Shown: positions 1 to 9,843, counted from the stretch's first letter. The stretch: 64,000 bases of DNA from a virus (IMGVR_UViG_3300027977_000006), one strand, 5' to 3'. A program made the numbers and translations. The notes: a model not told the origin generated them from the sequence alone.

Positions 1-1440
1 GTTTGAAATTTGAACATAATCATTTAACATTCTGTAATCAGCTAAATAAGTTGCAATATTGCTTCTAAGCGTAGTTGTTGAAGTATTGGTTAATTTTCCA
101 TTGGCATCTAAACTTAAGATATACACTTTAACTTTGTTTTGTTCTTCAAACACACCACATCTAAATGGAACGCCAAATTCACCTGGCATTAAAGAAATCC
201 TACTATGATAATCTTTTATTGTTACAGCTCTGTTTTGAGATGAAAAGTTATACTTAACCATGTTTCTTATTTCCTCAATGCTAGGAGCGTCTTTACCACC
301 CAAAGCTGGAAGTGGGTTATTCACTCTAAGAGAAGCCTTAACAGAGTTATTTACTGTCTGATTTGGACCATTGACTACCATGTTTACCAAACCAAGACTA
401 GTTAATACGTTTGGTCCTAAATTTGTATCGCCACCACCACCAACTCTGTATTTTACAAACATGGTTGTATTTGCTGTTGGCGTTTCACCCAATGCCATGT
501 TATTTATAAAATCACCGATTTGATTAACCAAAGCTGGGTTTACATCAAAATCACAAAGGCTACTAACATCTTGGCTACCACCACCAAAGGTTATTTTTGT
601 GAACCCTAAGTCAGTGTATTCACGTATAAATTTTTTTGTTACTGTTATCCATTTTCCTGGTCTAATACCAGCATTATCACTAGTAACGGCATTATCTCCA
701 ATAAAGATTTCACTTTCAGCTAGCGCATCCATTTCAAACCATCTATTTTCAATGTTTAAAAATTGGTCTAATGCTGGGTCTTGTATAAAGTTTGTTCCTT
801 GAAGGGCTATAATAGAATCAATCGATAATACATTGTTTTCTGGTAATATAATTTGGAAAAATGGTTTAACGTCATTTGCTGATATGGTTCTACTAAAAAT
901 TTTTGTAAAACCGTTTACAACCATTTCTCTCTTTGTCAATGTATAAGTAGTTAAAACACCATTTGAATTGAAATTTGGAATAATCAATCTGTTTGGTACA
1001 CCGCCTATTGTGAATGGGTTTGAAAAATCAATATCATACTGTGTTTCAAATACTTTACCAGCACCATTAACTTGAGCTCCAGCTCTAATAACTGGTGCAT
1101 ATGACACATCAAATGTATCTGCAAATGGCGGTACTGTAACTGAAAAATCAACTATAGTTACGCTTGGGCGTTTTCCTGGAATCTTTAAACCAAATGTTCT
1201 AGCTAAAGAAAGGACTGATTGTCTTTGTTGTGCATAATCAATTTGTGTTTCTTGAAACATTCTGTCTGTATTGAAGGATAGCATGTCCCCAACAGCAGCG
1301 TTTAATTCCAATAACATCATACCAACAGATGCATCGTTAAAATCATTAAAAATGTCTGGATAGTATTGTCTAACCATGTTTACTAGGTCGGTTCTTATAT
1401 CCGCAAAGTTACGAGAAGTATAGTTAATTCCTTGTGCCAT
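1..1440 (-). CDS. Baseplate wedge protein, T4 gp6/baseplate J-like (runs off the window start)
   Basis: Not in the ORF track. Read manually from ATG at 1440: MAQGINYTSRNFADIRTDLVNMVRQYYPDIFNDFNDASVGMMLLELNAAVGDMLSF...; later GGKDAPSIEEIR and NRAVTIKDY motifs; follows the gp25-like gene. Confidence 0.85.
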   Translation of the reverse strand, partial: MAQGINYTSRNFADIRTDLVNMVRQYYPDIFNDFNDASVGMMLLELNAAVGDMLSFNTDRMFQETQIDYAQQRQSVLSLARTFGLKIPGKRPSVTIVDFSVTVPPFADTFDVSYAPVIRAGAQVNGAGKVFETQYDIDFSNPFTIGGVPNRLIIPNFNSNGVLTTYTLTKREMVVNGFTKIFSRTISANDVKPFFQIILPENNVLSIDSIIALQGTNFIQDPALDQFLNIENRWFEMDALAESEIFIGDNAVTSDNAGIRPGKWITVTKKFIREYTDLGFTKITFGGGSQDVSSLCDFDVNPALVNQIGDFINNMALGETPTANTTMFVKYRVGGGGDTNLGPNVLTSLGLVNMVVNGPNQTVNNSVKASLRVNNPLPALGGKDAPSIEEIRNMVKYNFSSQNRAVTIKDYHSRISLMPGEFGVPFRCGVFEEQNKVKVYILSLDANGKLTNTSTTTLRSNIATYLADYRMLNDYVQISN

Positions 1441-1441
1441 A

Positions 1442-1828
1442 TTATATATTAATTATTACAAAATCAGAGGTTGTAAAAACGTCATCTGTTATAGTGTAGT
1501 CAAACCTAACCACAGCTGCATGGTCGTTTAACTCCGATGGTGTAACACTTATTTCATTTACTTTTAATTTTGGTAAATATCTGTTTACAGCTGTGTCAAT
1601 TTCTTCTTTTATTTTAGATAATGTCAAGCCATCCTCTGGCTCAAAAATATATCTAAGTAAATCTGTTCCAAAGTCTGGATTATATAATCTTTGACCTTTT
1701 CTGGTCAATATTAAATGCATCAAATCTGCTTTGATTGCTGCATTTTCATCAAGGTTTAAATCCAAGAAGAAACCCTTTGGGCTATTCTTAAATGGATAAT
1801 TTATGTTGATGTATTTTAATTCAGCCAT
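1442..1828 (-). CDS. Baseplate wedge subunit, gp25/GPW-like
   Basis: LILTRKGQRLYNPDFGTDL..YIFEP signature; likely start MAELKY at 1828 (track start 1846). Confidence 0.9.
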   Translation of the reverse strand: MAELKYININYPFKNSPKGFFLDLNLDENAAIKADLMHLILTRKGQRLYNPDFGTDLLRYIFEPEDGLTLSKIKEEIDTAVNRYLPKLKVNEISVTPSELNDHAAVVRFDYTITDDVFTTSDFVIINI

Positions 1829-1887
1829 GTTTGTGCTTTTATACATAAATATGGTACTAAAAGATTTTTGTAAGTAAATATGTAAAT

Positions 1888-1915
1888 AAAAAAAAGGGCC
1901 TAAAAAGGCCCTTTT
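1888..1915 (-). terminator. Intrinsic terminator after nrdA-C
   Basis: AAAAGGGCCT-AAAA-AGGCCCTTTT hairpin with flanking A/T tracts. Confidence 0.8.
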
Positions 1916-1934
1916 ATAATTTTAATGTAATAAT

Positions 1935-3023
1935 TTAAGCTGAACAACCAAAACACTCAAACTGACTATCTTTTGGTTTCTTGGCAACATTTACTTGTTG
2001 TGTGGCTAATTTTGTGTTTGTTTCCAACTTTGACTTTGTCCTAGTGTAGTAAACACCTGTTTTTAACCCACCTTTCCAAGCATACATCAAAGCACTTGCT
2101 ATTTTCCCATATTTTGCATCAGCATGATATACGTTCAATGACTGTGATTGGTCAACATATTTGTTTCTAATGATGGCCAAGTCTAATAAAACTCTTTGTG
2201 GTATCTCCCAAACATCTTTGTATCTGAAACGAATATCTTCTGGTATATCAACAATATTTTGAATACTACCTTTGTTTTTAATAACTTTGTCAATCATTTC
2301 TGAATCCCATAACTCATGTTCAATCAATTCGTTTACAAGATATTTGTTAACAATCAAAAACTCACCTTGACCAACACGTCTTGTAAACAAATTAGCAGTA
2401 ACTGGCTCAAACGACTCAAATGAACCCAAAAGAATTGCTGATGAAGCTGTTGGCATAAGACCGAGAAGAAGACTGTTGTACATAGGTATTGGTTCTCCAG
2501 CTGGTTTTGGTGACCAACCTTCAATATAAGTTTCTCCAACAGAATATAAACTTCCTTCCCAAGCTGGATAGTTTTGTCCTTTTTCTTCAGCTATTTTCAT
2601 CGACTCTTCAACAGCAGCTTTATACATTGTTTCAAAAATGTCGTTGTTCCATTTCTTAGCTTCTTCGCTTTCAAACGAAATCTTCTTTTTTGCAAAGAAA
2701 TCAGCTAAACCAGCAACACCGATTGCTAAAGCTCTTTGGTCCAAACCAGCTGCTTCGCTCCAATCATCACTCCATTTATTTTTATCAATAACTTTATTTA
2801 AACCTCTAACCAAAACCCTTGTTGTTTTGTCAATTGATTTAAGTCCATTGTGTTCAGCTAAGTTTACAGATGCCAAAGTACATTGAGGTGTGTATTTTGG
2901 TTTTGAAGCTTGAAAAATCTCACAATTATGAACTAATATATTATTAGCATAAAAATTGTTAGTATTCTCAACTTGAATGTCATACACATCCATAGTTTTT
3001 TCTAATTTATTAATTTTAATCAT
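1935..3023 (-). CDS. nrdA: Ribonucleotide reductase class Ia alpha, C-terminal half preceded by split-intein IntC
   Basis: After VHN: CEIF, CTLASVNL, RALAIGVAGLAD, MPTASS, DQSQSLN, GLKTGVYY and terminal CFGC redox pair. Confidence 0.93.
   Translation of the reverse strand: MIKINKLEKTMDVYDIQVENTNNFYANNILVHNCEIFQASKPKYTPQCTLASVNLAEHNGLKSIDKTTRVLVRGLNKVIDKNKWSDDWSEAAGLDQRALAIGVAGLADFFAKKKISFESEEAKKWNNDIFETMYKAAVEESMKIAEEKGQNYPAWEGSLYSVGETYIEGWSPKPAGEPIPMYNSLLLGLMPTASSAILLGSFESFEPVTANLFTRRVGQGEFLIVNKYLVNELIEHELWDSEMIDKVIKNKGSIQNIVDIPEDIRFRYKDVWEIPQRVLLDLAIIRNKYVDQSQSLNVYHADAKYGKIASALMYAWKGGLKTGVYYTRTKSKLETNTKLATQQVNVAKKPKDSQFECFGCSA
2925..3023 (-). mobile_element. Split intein C-fragment (33 aa)
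   Basis: MIKINKLEKTMDVYDIQVENTNNFYANNILVHN|C: block F (VYDIQV), block G (HN), Cys+1. Confidence 0.93.
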
Positions 3024-3045
3024 ATTATTTATTTTTTATTAATTA

Positions 3046-4245
3046 TTAATTATTTATATATTCAAATTTAAAACCTTTATAAGTTTTATTTCTACCTTTA
3101 CATACTGCTAATACAGATGTTATTTTACCATCTATATATTCAGCAGCTGATTTTAATGAATCAAACTCGATAATATCACCGTTATTATCAATCCTTCTCA
3201 CTTTTCGTTGATTGTTACCTTTTTTAATATCAAATGTGTATTCTTCATTCTCCCATCTAAAAATATCAATAAAAGTGTTGTTATTTTTACATTTTCTTCT
3301 GATTACAGTTGGGTTTAAACCGATTTGTTCACTAGCTTCAAATACATTATTGAAAACTAATTCTATATTACTATCAATATCTTTTTTGTAATAAACTAAT
3401 TTAGAAATTCTAATAATACCATTTTTAGTTGTTTTAAACCCTCTGGATGAATCATCAGTAGGTTTTTTATAATCTGACCGTTTAGTTTTACTATAGACTA
3501 ATTCACTATCATTGTATCTAAAATAATAGCCTTTATATGTACCACCATATTTAATACATCGGTATATTAATGATTTAGTTTTAAATTCATATTTATTAAG
3601 TATATCATTAATATTTAAAATATCTATTTCTTCTAATGTTTTAGAATCAATCATAACTATTAAACGTTTAACTCTAGATTTAAAATTTTCTTTCATATTA
3701 TCTATACGCTCTTTAGTAAATTTCTTACCTTTATTCCAATGAACTCCATTAATTTTAGCTAAATAAGATGGATTAATTTCTATTGGTCTACCATACATAG
3801 GGTTTTTACTACCTTTAGTATTTTCACTATGTTTTTCCCTTATTTCTTCTTTTTTAGGATTATTATTAAAAGTATCACCACCAGTTCCACCTATAACAAT
3901 ATTAGTTAATAAACCACCTTCAGTAAATCGACCATAATAACCAATTAATTCTTTCTCAACTTTAAAAGCTTCATCTTCATTATCTGTTTCAAATATAACC
4001 TTAAAGTTAGGTTTGAAACCTAATCCAATTAATTTTTTAATCGTATTAGTTTTATGTGGGTTTATTTTACTACTGCGATTATCTTTTAATACATCAATAT
4101 AATGTGTTAAATGTCGTTTTCTATTATTTTTAGCGTTATAATCACCTTTACCTATATAAAAAGGTTTGTAATTTATTTCAGAATAATTATTACTATAATC
4201 ACCCATTACTCTATCATCTAATAAAATGTAAATATAATATCTCAT
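3046..4245 (-). CDS. Free-standing GIY-YIG homing endonuclease with NUMOD3/NUMOD1-type DNA-binding repeats
   Basis: YYIYIL...PFYIGKG...R...EAFKVEKELI...LTN...GG; KGSKNPMYG; repeated F.S...AA...C......GF.F.Y units; likely start MRYYIY at 4245. Confidence 0.88.
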   Translation of the reverse strand: MRYYIYILLDDRVMGDYSNNYSEINYKPFYIGKGDYNAKNNRKRHLTHYIDVLKDNRSSKINPHKTNTIKKLIGLGFKPNFKVIFETDNEDEAFKVEKELIGYYGRFTEGGLLTNIVIGGTGGDTFNNNPKKEEIREKHSENTKGSKNPMYGRPIEINPSYLAKINGVHWNKGKKFTKERIDNMKENFKSRVKRLIVMIDSKTLEEIDILNINDILNKYEFKTKSLIYRCIKYGGTYKGYYFRYNDSELVYSKTKRSDYKKPTDDSSRGFKTTKNGIIRISKLVYYKKDIDSNIELVFNNVFEASEQIGLNPTVIRRKCKNNNTFIDIFRWENEEYTFDIKKGNNQRKVRRIDNNGDIIEFDSLKSAAEYIDGKITSVLAVCKGRNKTYKGFKFEYINN

Positions 4246-4251
4246 ATTAAT

Positions 4252-4296
4252 AAATATACAGTACATAGTGTACTTTATACTATGTACTGTATATTT
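4252..4296. promoter_or_regulatory. 18-bp perfect inverted repeat immediately upstream of the endonuclease start
   Basis: AAATATACAGTACATAGT-gtactttat-ACTATGTACTGTATATTT; overlaps a TATTTAT motif, 6 nt from the ATG. Confidence 0.75.
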
Positions 4297-4304
4297 TTTT
4301 TTTA

Positions 4305-4616
4305 TTAATTAAAATTTGTATCTAACTCATCATCCTCTAGTAAATCACAAGCCATTACATAACCTCTATTTTTAGTGAATATCCTATGGTCTGGTGTACA
4401 AATAATCCTAACATTTTTTTCTTCATCAATAATTTCAAGTACTTCAGCATTATCTTTAGTTTTTATAGCACCTAATATTGGTTGAAAAGTATTATCTTGA
4501 CTTAAAACTAAAATATTTTTATGTTTTTCATAAAGTTTAACTACTTCTTCCATAGTTATTTTTTCAATACCACCGTTTTCATTAATGATTGTTATAATTG
4601 ATTCACCATTTAAACA
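4305..4616 (-). mobile_element. Split intein N-fragment (103 aa)
   Basis: SNLC|CLNGES (block A) ... CTPDHRIFTKNRGYV (block B TxxH) ... DLLEDDELD then stop. Confidence 0.93.
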
Positions 4617-5786
4617 ACACAAGTTGGATTGACAAATAGGGCCTATATTGGATTGCATATTTCTTTTGTTCGCATTGTCTTTAAACATAACATACGGTCT
4701 GCCACTTTCAACTTGTGCTTTAATTATGGCGTCAAATATTTCTTTTGGATTCACCTTTTTACCAATTCCCAAATCAACCGCTTTTTGATACTCTGTTTCA
4801 AATTCTTCACCCCAAAGAAGATGCAGTGGTGTTAAACCAGCTTTATTAATATCATTTGGACAGAACAAATACCAATCTTCACTTTTTTCAAGCTTTTGCA
4901 TAAACAAGTCGTTTATAACAACAGCAGTAAATAAATCACGTGTTCTTAATTGTTCATCACCAATTGGTAAAGTAAGGTCTAAGAAATCAAAAATGTCTCT
5001 ATGCCAAACTGATAAATAAAGAGCGCAACTTCCAGAACGTGAGCCTTGTTTGTAGAAACGCATTTTTGATTGAACCATATCTGCAAGTCTTACAACACCT
5101 CCAGCGTTGCCTTGGAATGAATGAACCAAGCTGTCTTTGCTTCTAAGTGGGTCTATAAGTAAACCAATACCAGAACCCTCTTTTGATGCAGACGCTATCT
5201 TTGTTAAAGTAGCTTCAATACCTTCAAAAGAATCTTCTTCCAAATGTGTTAGATTACAACTAACCATACCATTTCTTTTGTCCACACCAGCGTTTGTATA
5301 TGTTGGTGTTGCAAAGTTGGCTCTTTTGCTTTTTAATTCTTTTAAAAGTTCTTTTCTAGCTTCTTCATCATCATCGTGCAAATGATAAGCAACACGCTCA
5401 TACATGCATGAAGGAAGTTCAATTGGTGCCTTGTTGTTATCTCTTTTTGAATACTTCGAAAGAAATGTTGTCGCAGCAAAAAAGTCATAAGTCAAATCAA
5501 TTGGTTGTAGTTCTTTACCTACCAATTTTGATTGTCTACTTAATAGTATTCTACCACCTAATAAGGAGTAGTCTGGATGCTGAATGATTTTATCAGCAGC
5601 TTTAAAAGCGATGATTTCATCTATTTCTGTTGTTGTAATGTTATCGCTTATAAGCGGCATAACTTCCAAAAATAAAGAATCGGCATCAACATTTAGTCCA
5701 GTTGATTGTGTTTTAATCCTAGTTAGGATTTTGTTTGGCATAAACGCTTGTGTCGTTTTGTCTCGTTTAACTATTCTCATTCCCAT
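4305..5786 (-). CDS. nrdA: Ribonucleotide reductase class Ia alpha, N-terminal half fused to split-intein IntN
   Basis: ATP-cone-like IVKRD start, FATPTYTNAG, SCNL, GSGIG, QGSRSGSCALYL..WH.D, ESGRPY, QSNLC. Confidence 0.95.
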   Translation of the reverse strand: MGMRIVKRDKTTQAFMPNKILTRIKTQSTGLNVDADSLFLEVMPLISDNITTTEIDEIIAFKAADKIIQHPDYSLLGGRILLSRQSKLVGKELQPIDLTYDFFAATTFLSKYSKRDNNKAPIELPSCMYERVAYHLHDDDEEARKELLKELKSKRANFATPTYTNAGVDKRNGMVSCNLTHLEEDSFEGIEATLTKIASASKEGSGIGLLIDPLRSKDSLVHSFQGNAGGVVRLADMVQSKMRFYKQGSRSGSCALYLSVWHRDIFDFLDLTLPIGDEQLRTRDLFTAVVINDLFMQKLEKSEDWYLFCPNDINKAGLTPLHLLWGEEFETEYQKAVDLGIGKKVNPKEIFDAIIKAQVESGRPYVMFKDNANKRNMQSNIGPICQSNLCCLNGESIITIINENGGIEKITMEEVVKLYEKHKNILVLSQDNTFQPILGAIKTKDNAEVLEIIDEEKNVRIICTPDHRIFTKNRGYVMACDLLEDDELDTNFN

Positions 5787-5791
5787 TTTGT

Positions 5792-6745
5792 TTAAAATTC
5801 CTCATCAAAAATACCATCAATAGTTGTTGGAATGTCTACTCTGGTATATTCACCTTCTCTCTTTTCAAAGAAGTTATTTTTAGAAGACAATCCAATTCTA
5901 GACATATATTCTAACGGATTGCTAACCATAAATTCTCTTTGGCAACCAAAATCGTTTAGCACAATATCCGTAACATATTGGACATATTTTACCATGTCTT
6001 GTTTTGTAATACCTTGTAAACCATCTGGCATACTTTCTTCAACAAAAGCTTTTTCAATTTCATAACAACCCAATATAACTTTTCTTAACTCGTCAGTTGA
6101 CAACTTATAGTCATCTTTCAAATAGTTGTTATATAAATTAATAGCAAATTCATAATGGAATGTTTCATCCCTTAAAATTAATTCGTTCATTGCAGCTAAA
6201 CCTGGCATTTTGTTTCTGCTTCTAAACCAGAAAACCCCAGAAAATACGCTAGAGAATGCGATACCTTCAATACAAGCAAACGCTACCAATCTATGAGCAA
6301 ATGATGGATGGTTTATCCAGTTTTCAGCCCATGAAGCTTTTTTAGCCACTGCTTGATTGTTTTCCATTGAATTAAACAGCTCTTCTTTTTCGTGAAGATT
6401 TTTTATAAACGTTTCAATCAATAGAGAATATCCATTTGCGTGGACTTGTTCAATAAACGTTTGATGACCATAAAAATATTGAGCTTCCAATATTTCAACT
6501 TCATTAAGAAAGTTTGTGGCCAAATTATCAATAACCAACCCATCTGATATGGCAAAGAAAGCCAAAATGTTTTTAAGGTAAGTTTTTTCATTATCTTTTA
6601 GCTCATCAAATTTATCCTTACTCAAATCTGTTTCTTCAGCAACCCAAGTTTGTGATTCAGCTTTCTTATACATTTGCCACAAGTCATTGTGAATGATTGG
6701 GAAAATGGAATACCTTTTTTTAAGTGTTTTATCTTTTAGATACAT
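5792..6745 (-). CDS. nrdB: Ribonucleotide reductase class Ia beta
   Basis: FFAISD, EQVHANGY, EGIAFSSVF, RDETFH di-iron ligands; NFFE; C-terminal FDEEF. Confidence 0.96.
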   Translation of the reverse strand: MYLKDKTLKKRYSIFPIIHNDLWQMYKKAESQTWVAEETDLSKDKFDELKDNEKTYLKNILAFFAISDGLVIDNLATNFLNEVEILEAQYFYGHQTFIEQVHANGYSLLIETFIKNLHEKEELFNSMENNQAVAKKASWAENWINHPSFAHRLVAFACIEGIAFSSVFSGVFWFRSRNKMPGLAAMNELILRDETFHYEFAINLYNNYLKDDYKLSTDELRKVILGCYEIEKAFVEESMPDGLQGITKQDMVKYVQYVTDIVLNDFGCQREFMVSNPLEYMSRIGLSSKNNFFEKREGEYTRVDIPTTIDGIFDEEF

Positions 6746-6768
6746 TTTTAATAATTTAAATTTGTTTT

Positions 6769-9270
6769 TTATTCTTCGTTTATAACCGCTTTTCTTTTTG
6801 TACTGGCTAAAACTTCATTTACCCTTGCTTGGTCGTTAGTTTCGACATCTTTTTTGTATTCAGTTTGGGTTCTTGCTCCTTTACTTTGGCCCATATCTAT
6901 CTGAATCCTAGCATTGTCAAAGGTTATATCTTCAAAGATAATACCATCCTTACCAAAACGTGATTTAAGTATGGCCATTGTTGCAGTTCCATTTTCTTTT
7001 TGGTCTAGAGTTTTTGCGATTGACACAATAAAGTGACCTATCTGACCTTTTTTAATCGAACCACCCATTTGGTCTGCTTCTACTACGTTTGCCTTTATTG
7101 AACTTCTGTTTCCTTGTACCGCTGTCCAACCAGCAATATCTAATTCACCTAACATAGCTTCAAATTGTCTCATAACACTACCTTCACCAACATTCGCATC
7201 ATCATATTTTCTTGATGGTTGAACACAGTCGATATAATCCAATAGAACGATGTCTGGTCTAAAACCTTCAGCAATTTTTTTCCTGATATACTGTCTTATA
7301 ATAGGTATGGTTGTCCCATCACTAGAAAATTTTTTAAGTTTTAAGTTACCTTTTCCACCTTTTGACTCTTTTTGCTTGTGTTCACATAAAGACGTGATTT
7401 CGTCTTTATGTAAAGATAAGCTATTCAAGTCAATACCAGTCCAACAAGAAATATGTTTTCTTTGAATTACCTTTGGGTTATCTTCAAAGAAGATTTGTAA
7501 AACTCTGTAACCATCGTTCATTGCTGTGTTAGCAATTTTGGTCATCATGGTCGTGTTGTGGGTGACGATGTAATCATCAGTAACATATAAATGTTCTGGG
7601 TTTTCCACCATAATACATTTAGCTTCTTCTTCACCGTAATACTCGATTGATTTAATAAATTTATTATTAGAATACTTAGTTCTATTTTTAAATTTATTTA
7701 GTTTTCTACTTAACCTACTTGGTATAATTCCGTTATCTGGGAAACTAAAGGAAATACGATAATAATTATTACAAATATTATCACCATATTTTCCAATCTT
7801 TTCAGAAATTGAAACTCTACCACCTAAAGATAAAACTAATTCTCTAATATCTTTAGATAACTGTTCAGATGTTGTTGAAATCTCTATTCTATGCTCATCA
7901 ATATACCCATCTGTATCAACTAAACCTTGTAATAGGCTAACTCTATCAGATATAGAAGAATAAAGGTAGTTTTGTGGGATAAACTTAGTTTTAGAATTAG
8001 TTCCGTATAAGTCTAATTCGATTAAAGAATCTTTAATCCCTAATAATGAAACCTTTTTTAAATAGCGTTTAACTAAAACTAATTCACCATTAATTTCTTT
8101 TTCAATATCTCTAATTTGTTCTTTAATTGATAAGTTGTTATAAATTTTAGCAACCTCAGTAATTATTTCTTCATCTTTGGTAACAAAATTCGGCTGATTA
8201 GATGATGTAATACACCCATCACCTAATATAACACCTAATAAATAAGGGTCAATAATCAAATCTTTTTTTATGAATTCGATTGGTGATACATTGGGTATTT
8301 TATAATTCAATCGTCTTCCATTCCAAACTTTAACACTATTAATCATATCAATAGTTTTTACAACTTTAAATGAATTATCAGATTGTAAATAAATTTGTTT
8401 ACCATCTTTTTTTGTTTTTCTATTTCTTTGATTAATTGTGTTTACAGACCATAAATGCTCAGCATCACATAATGTTTTAGTACCATCGTTAAATTTAACT
8501 TCGTATATAGGTCTTTTTCCTTGTGGGAATGTACCAATAACTTTGGTTGGTTTTCCGTCCCTGCCAATAACATAGTCACCTAAATTAATATCACCCATAG
8601 TTACCCAACCATTAGGTGTTAATATATTAGAAAATAATGGCTGTGCTTTACCGACACCAAACGGTGCCAATATTACAGCCAATTCACCTTTAGATAAGCC
8701 ACCATCCATTACTTCATCCAAGCCTTTTATGCCAGTTCTTATTGGTTTTCTAAAGTCATCAACCAAAACATCTTTGATATTATCGAAAACATCCATGCCG
8801 TCATCCTTATTGTCGCCATGCTCCAATGCTTTTCTAAGTATTGTTTCACATTGTTCGTAGTTTTCAATGTCACCAATATCAATTATTTTTTGAATCTGTT
8901 TGATGGATTTCTTCAACTCTTGTTGTTTACAAAACTTCATAGCGATGTCTTGTATTTTAAGAGCATCATAAGAACTAGCCTCTTGAACCTTGCTAAGCTG
9001 TGTTAGGATATACTTTCTTTGTAAATCCTCTGTCACATCGGCTAACAGTCTAATTTTAACACTTCCTAAATCAGGAACAATATCATCTTTTTCTTTGGCT
9101 TCTTTTATGGCAGCAGCTATTACTCTAAGATATGGGTCACTAAAGTAATTAGCATCTACAATATCAACAATTGAATTGGCAAATCTATTATCCGTAAGTA
9201 ATTGAGCCATTAGTCTAAACTCATAGTCTAAACCCAAATAACCCAAACTATCTCTATCTATTTTCGCCAT
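6769..9270 (-). CDS. dnaB: Replicative DnaB/gp41-like helicase containing an intein
   Basis: TGIKGLD..MDGGL.KGEL, Walker A APFGVGK|T, LDYID, TAVQGNR, KSRFG; likely start MAKIDR at 9270. Confidence 0.92.
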   Translation of the reverse strand: MAKIDRDSLGYLGLDYEFRLMAQLLTDNRFANSIVDIVDANYFSDPYLRVIAAAIKEAKEKDDIVPDLGSVKIRLLADVTEDLQRKYILTQLSKVQEASSYDALKIQDIAMKFCKQQELKKSIKQIQKIIDIGDIENYEQCETILRKALEHGDNKDDGMDVFDNIKDVLVDDFRKPIRTGIKGLDEVMDGGLSKGELAVILAPFGVGKAQPLFSNILTPNGWVTMGDINLGDYVIGRDGKPTKVIGTFPQGKRPIYEVKFNDGTKTLCDAEHLWSVNTINQRNRKTKKDGKQIYLQSDNSFKVVKTIDMINSVKVWNGRRLNYKIPNVSPIEFIKKDLIIDPYLLGVILGDGCITSSNQPNFVTKDEEIITEVAKIYNNLSIKEQIRDIEKEINGELVLVKRYLKKVSLLGIKDSLIELDLYGTNSKTKFIPQNYLYSSISDRVSLLQGLVDTDGYIDEHRIEISTTSEQLSKDIRELVLSLGGRVSISEKIGKYGDNICNNYYRISFSFPDNGIIPSRLSRKLNKFKNRTKYSNNKFIKSIEYYGEEEAKCIMVENPEHLYVTDDYIVTHNTTMMTKIANTAMNDGYRVLQIFFEDNPKVIQRKHISCWTGIDLNSLSLHKDEITSLCEHKQKESKGGKGNLKLKKFSSDGTTIPIIRQYIRKKIAEGFRPDIVLLDYIDCVQPSRKYDDANVGEGSVMRQFEAMLGELDIAGWTAVQGNRSSIKANVVEADQMGGSIKKGQIGHFIVSIAKTLDQKENGTATMAILKSRFGKDGIIFEDITFDNARIQIDMGQSKGARTQTEYKKDVETNDQARVNEVLASTKRKAVINEE
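7555..8646 (-). mobile_element. Class 3 (Ala-start, WCT) intein with LAGLIDADG endonuclease, 364 aa, in the DnaB Walker A motif
   Basis: GK|AQPL...EHLW...LLGVILGDG...LLQGLVDTDG...AKCIMV...VTHN|T. Confidence 0.92.
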
Positions 9271-9326
9271 TTTTTTTTTTTTATCTTTAAAAACGTTGTT
9301 ATGGATAAATATCACAAAGTAGTCGC

Positions 9327-9827
9327 TTAGGCAACCACTTTGTTATATTTTTTTTTGCTTAATGAATCTCTAATCTCAAACATTATAACTGGTATAATTT
9401 CTTTTATAACCACAGCATAACGTACTTTTGGGGGAAAATAATTACCAGAAAACACTGATTTTGCAACACTTTTCTTATCTATCTTAATCTCAAACTGAAA
9501 GTCATCAATTTTTTCGAAAATGTTTCTAGGTTCTTGGTCTGGTTGAACAAAATAAGGGTTGTAGTTATTCCAAAGATAATCCTTCGATTTATTTTTCAAA
9601 TAGTTAGGTATGATACCCATGCTACCATGATAACCATTGTTCATTCCGCAAATAGCATCCATCAATTCTTTCATCTCCCACGAGCCAATACTATTTTCGT
9701 TAAAATCACGAATGTTAAAATACCTTTGGCAGATAATATGATTGTTTATGTAAAGAACGAATTCAAAACGTTGTTCTTCAACTTTCTTTTGGTCAAATGT
9801 TCCTGTGTTTACTTTTGTGTTTGTCAT
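9327..9827 (-). CDS. Hypothetical protein
   Basis: 166-aa ORF tightly packed in the replication operon. Confidence 0.75.
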   Translation of the reverse strand: MTNTKVNTGTFDQKKVEEQRFEFVLYINNHIICQRYFNIRDFNENSIGSWEMKELMDAICGMNNGYHGSMGIIPNYLKNKSKDYLWNNYNPYFVQPDQEPRNIFEKIDDFQFEIKIDKKSVAKSVFSGNYFPPKVRYAVVIKEIIPVIMFEIRDSLSKKKYNKVVA

Positions 9828-9843
9828 AATTTAAATTTAAATG

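Noticed and set aside
3024-4304. Group I intron interrupting nrdA
   Set aside because: Flanking spacers are only about 20-60 nt with no room for a ribozyme core; intein blocks explain the break
9271-9282. Long homopolymer before dnaB as a phase-variation tract
   Set aside because: Lies in the A-rich leader upstream of the likely ATG; such leaders are common here and no frame is affected
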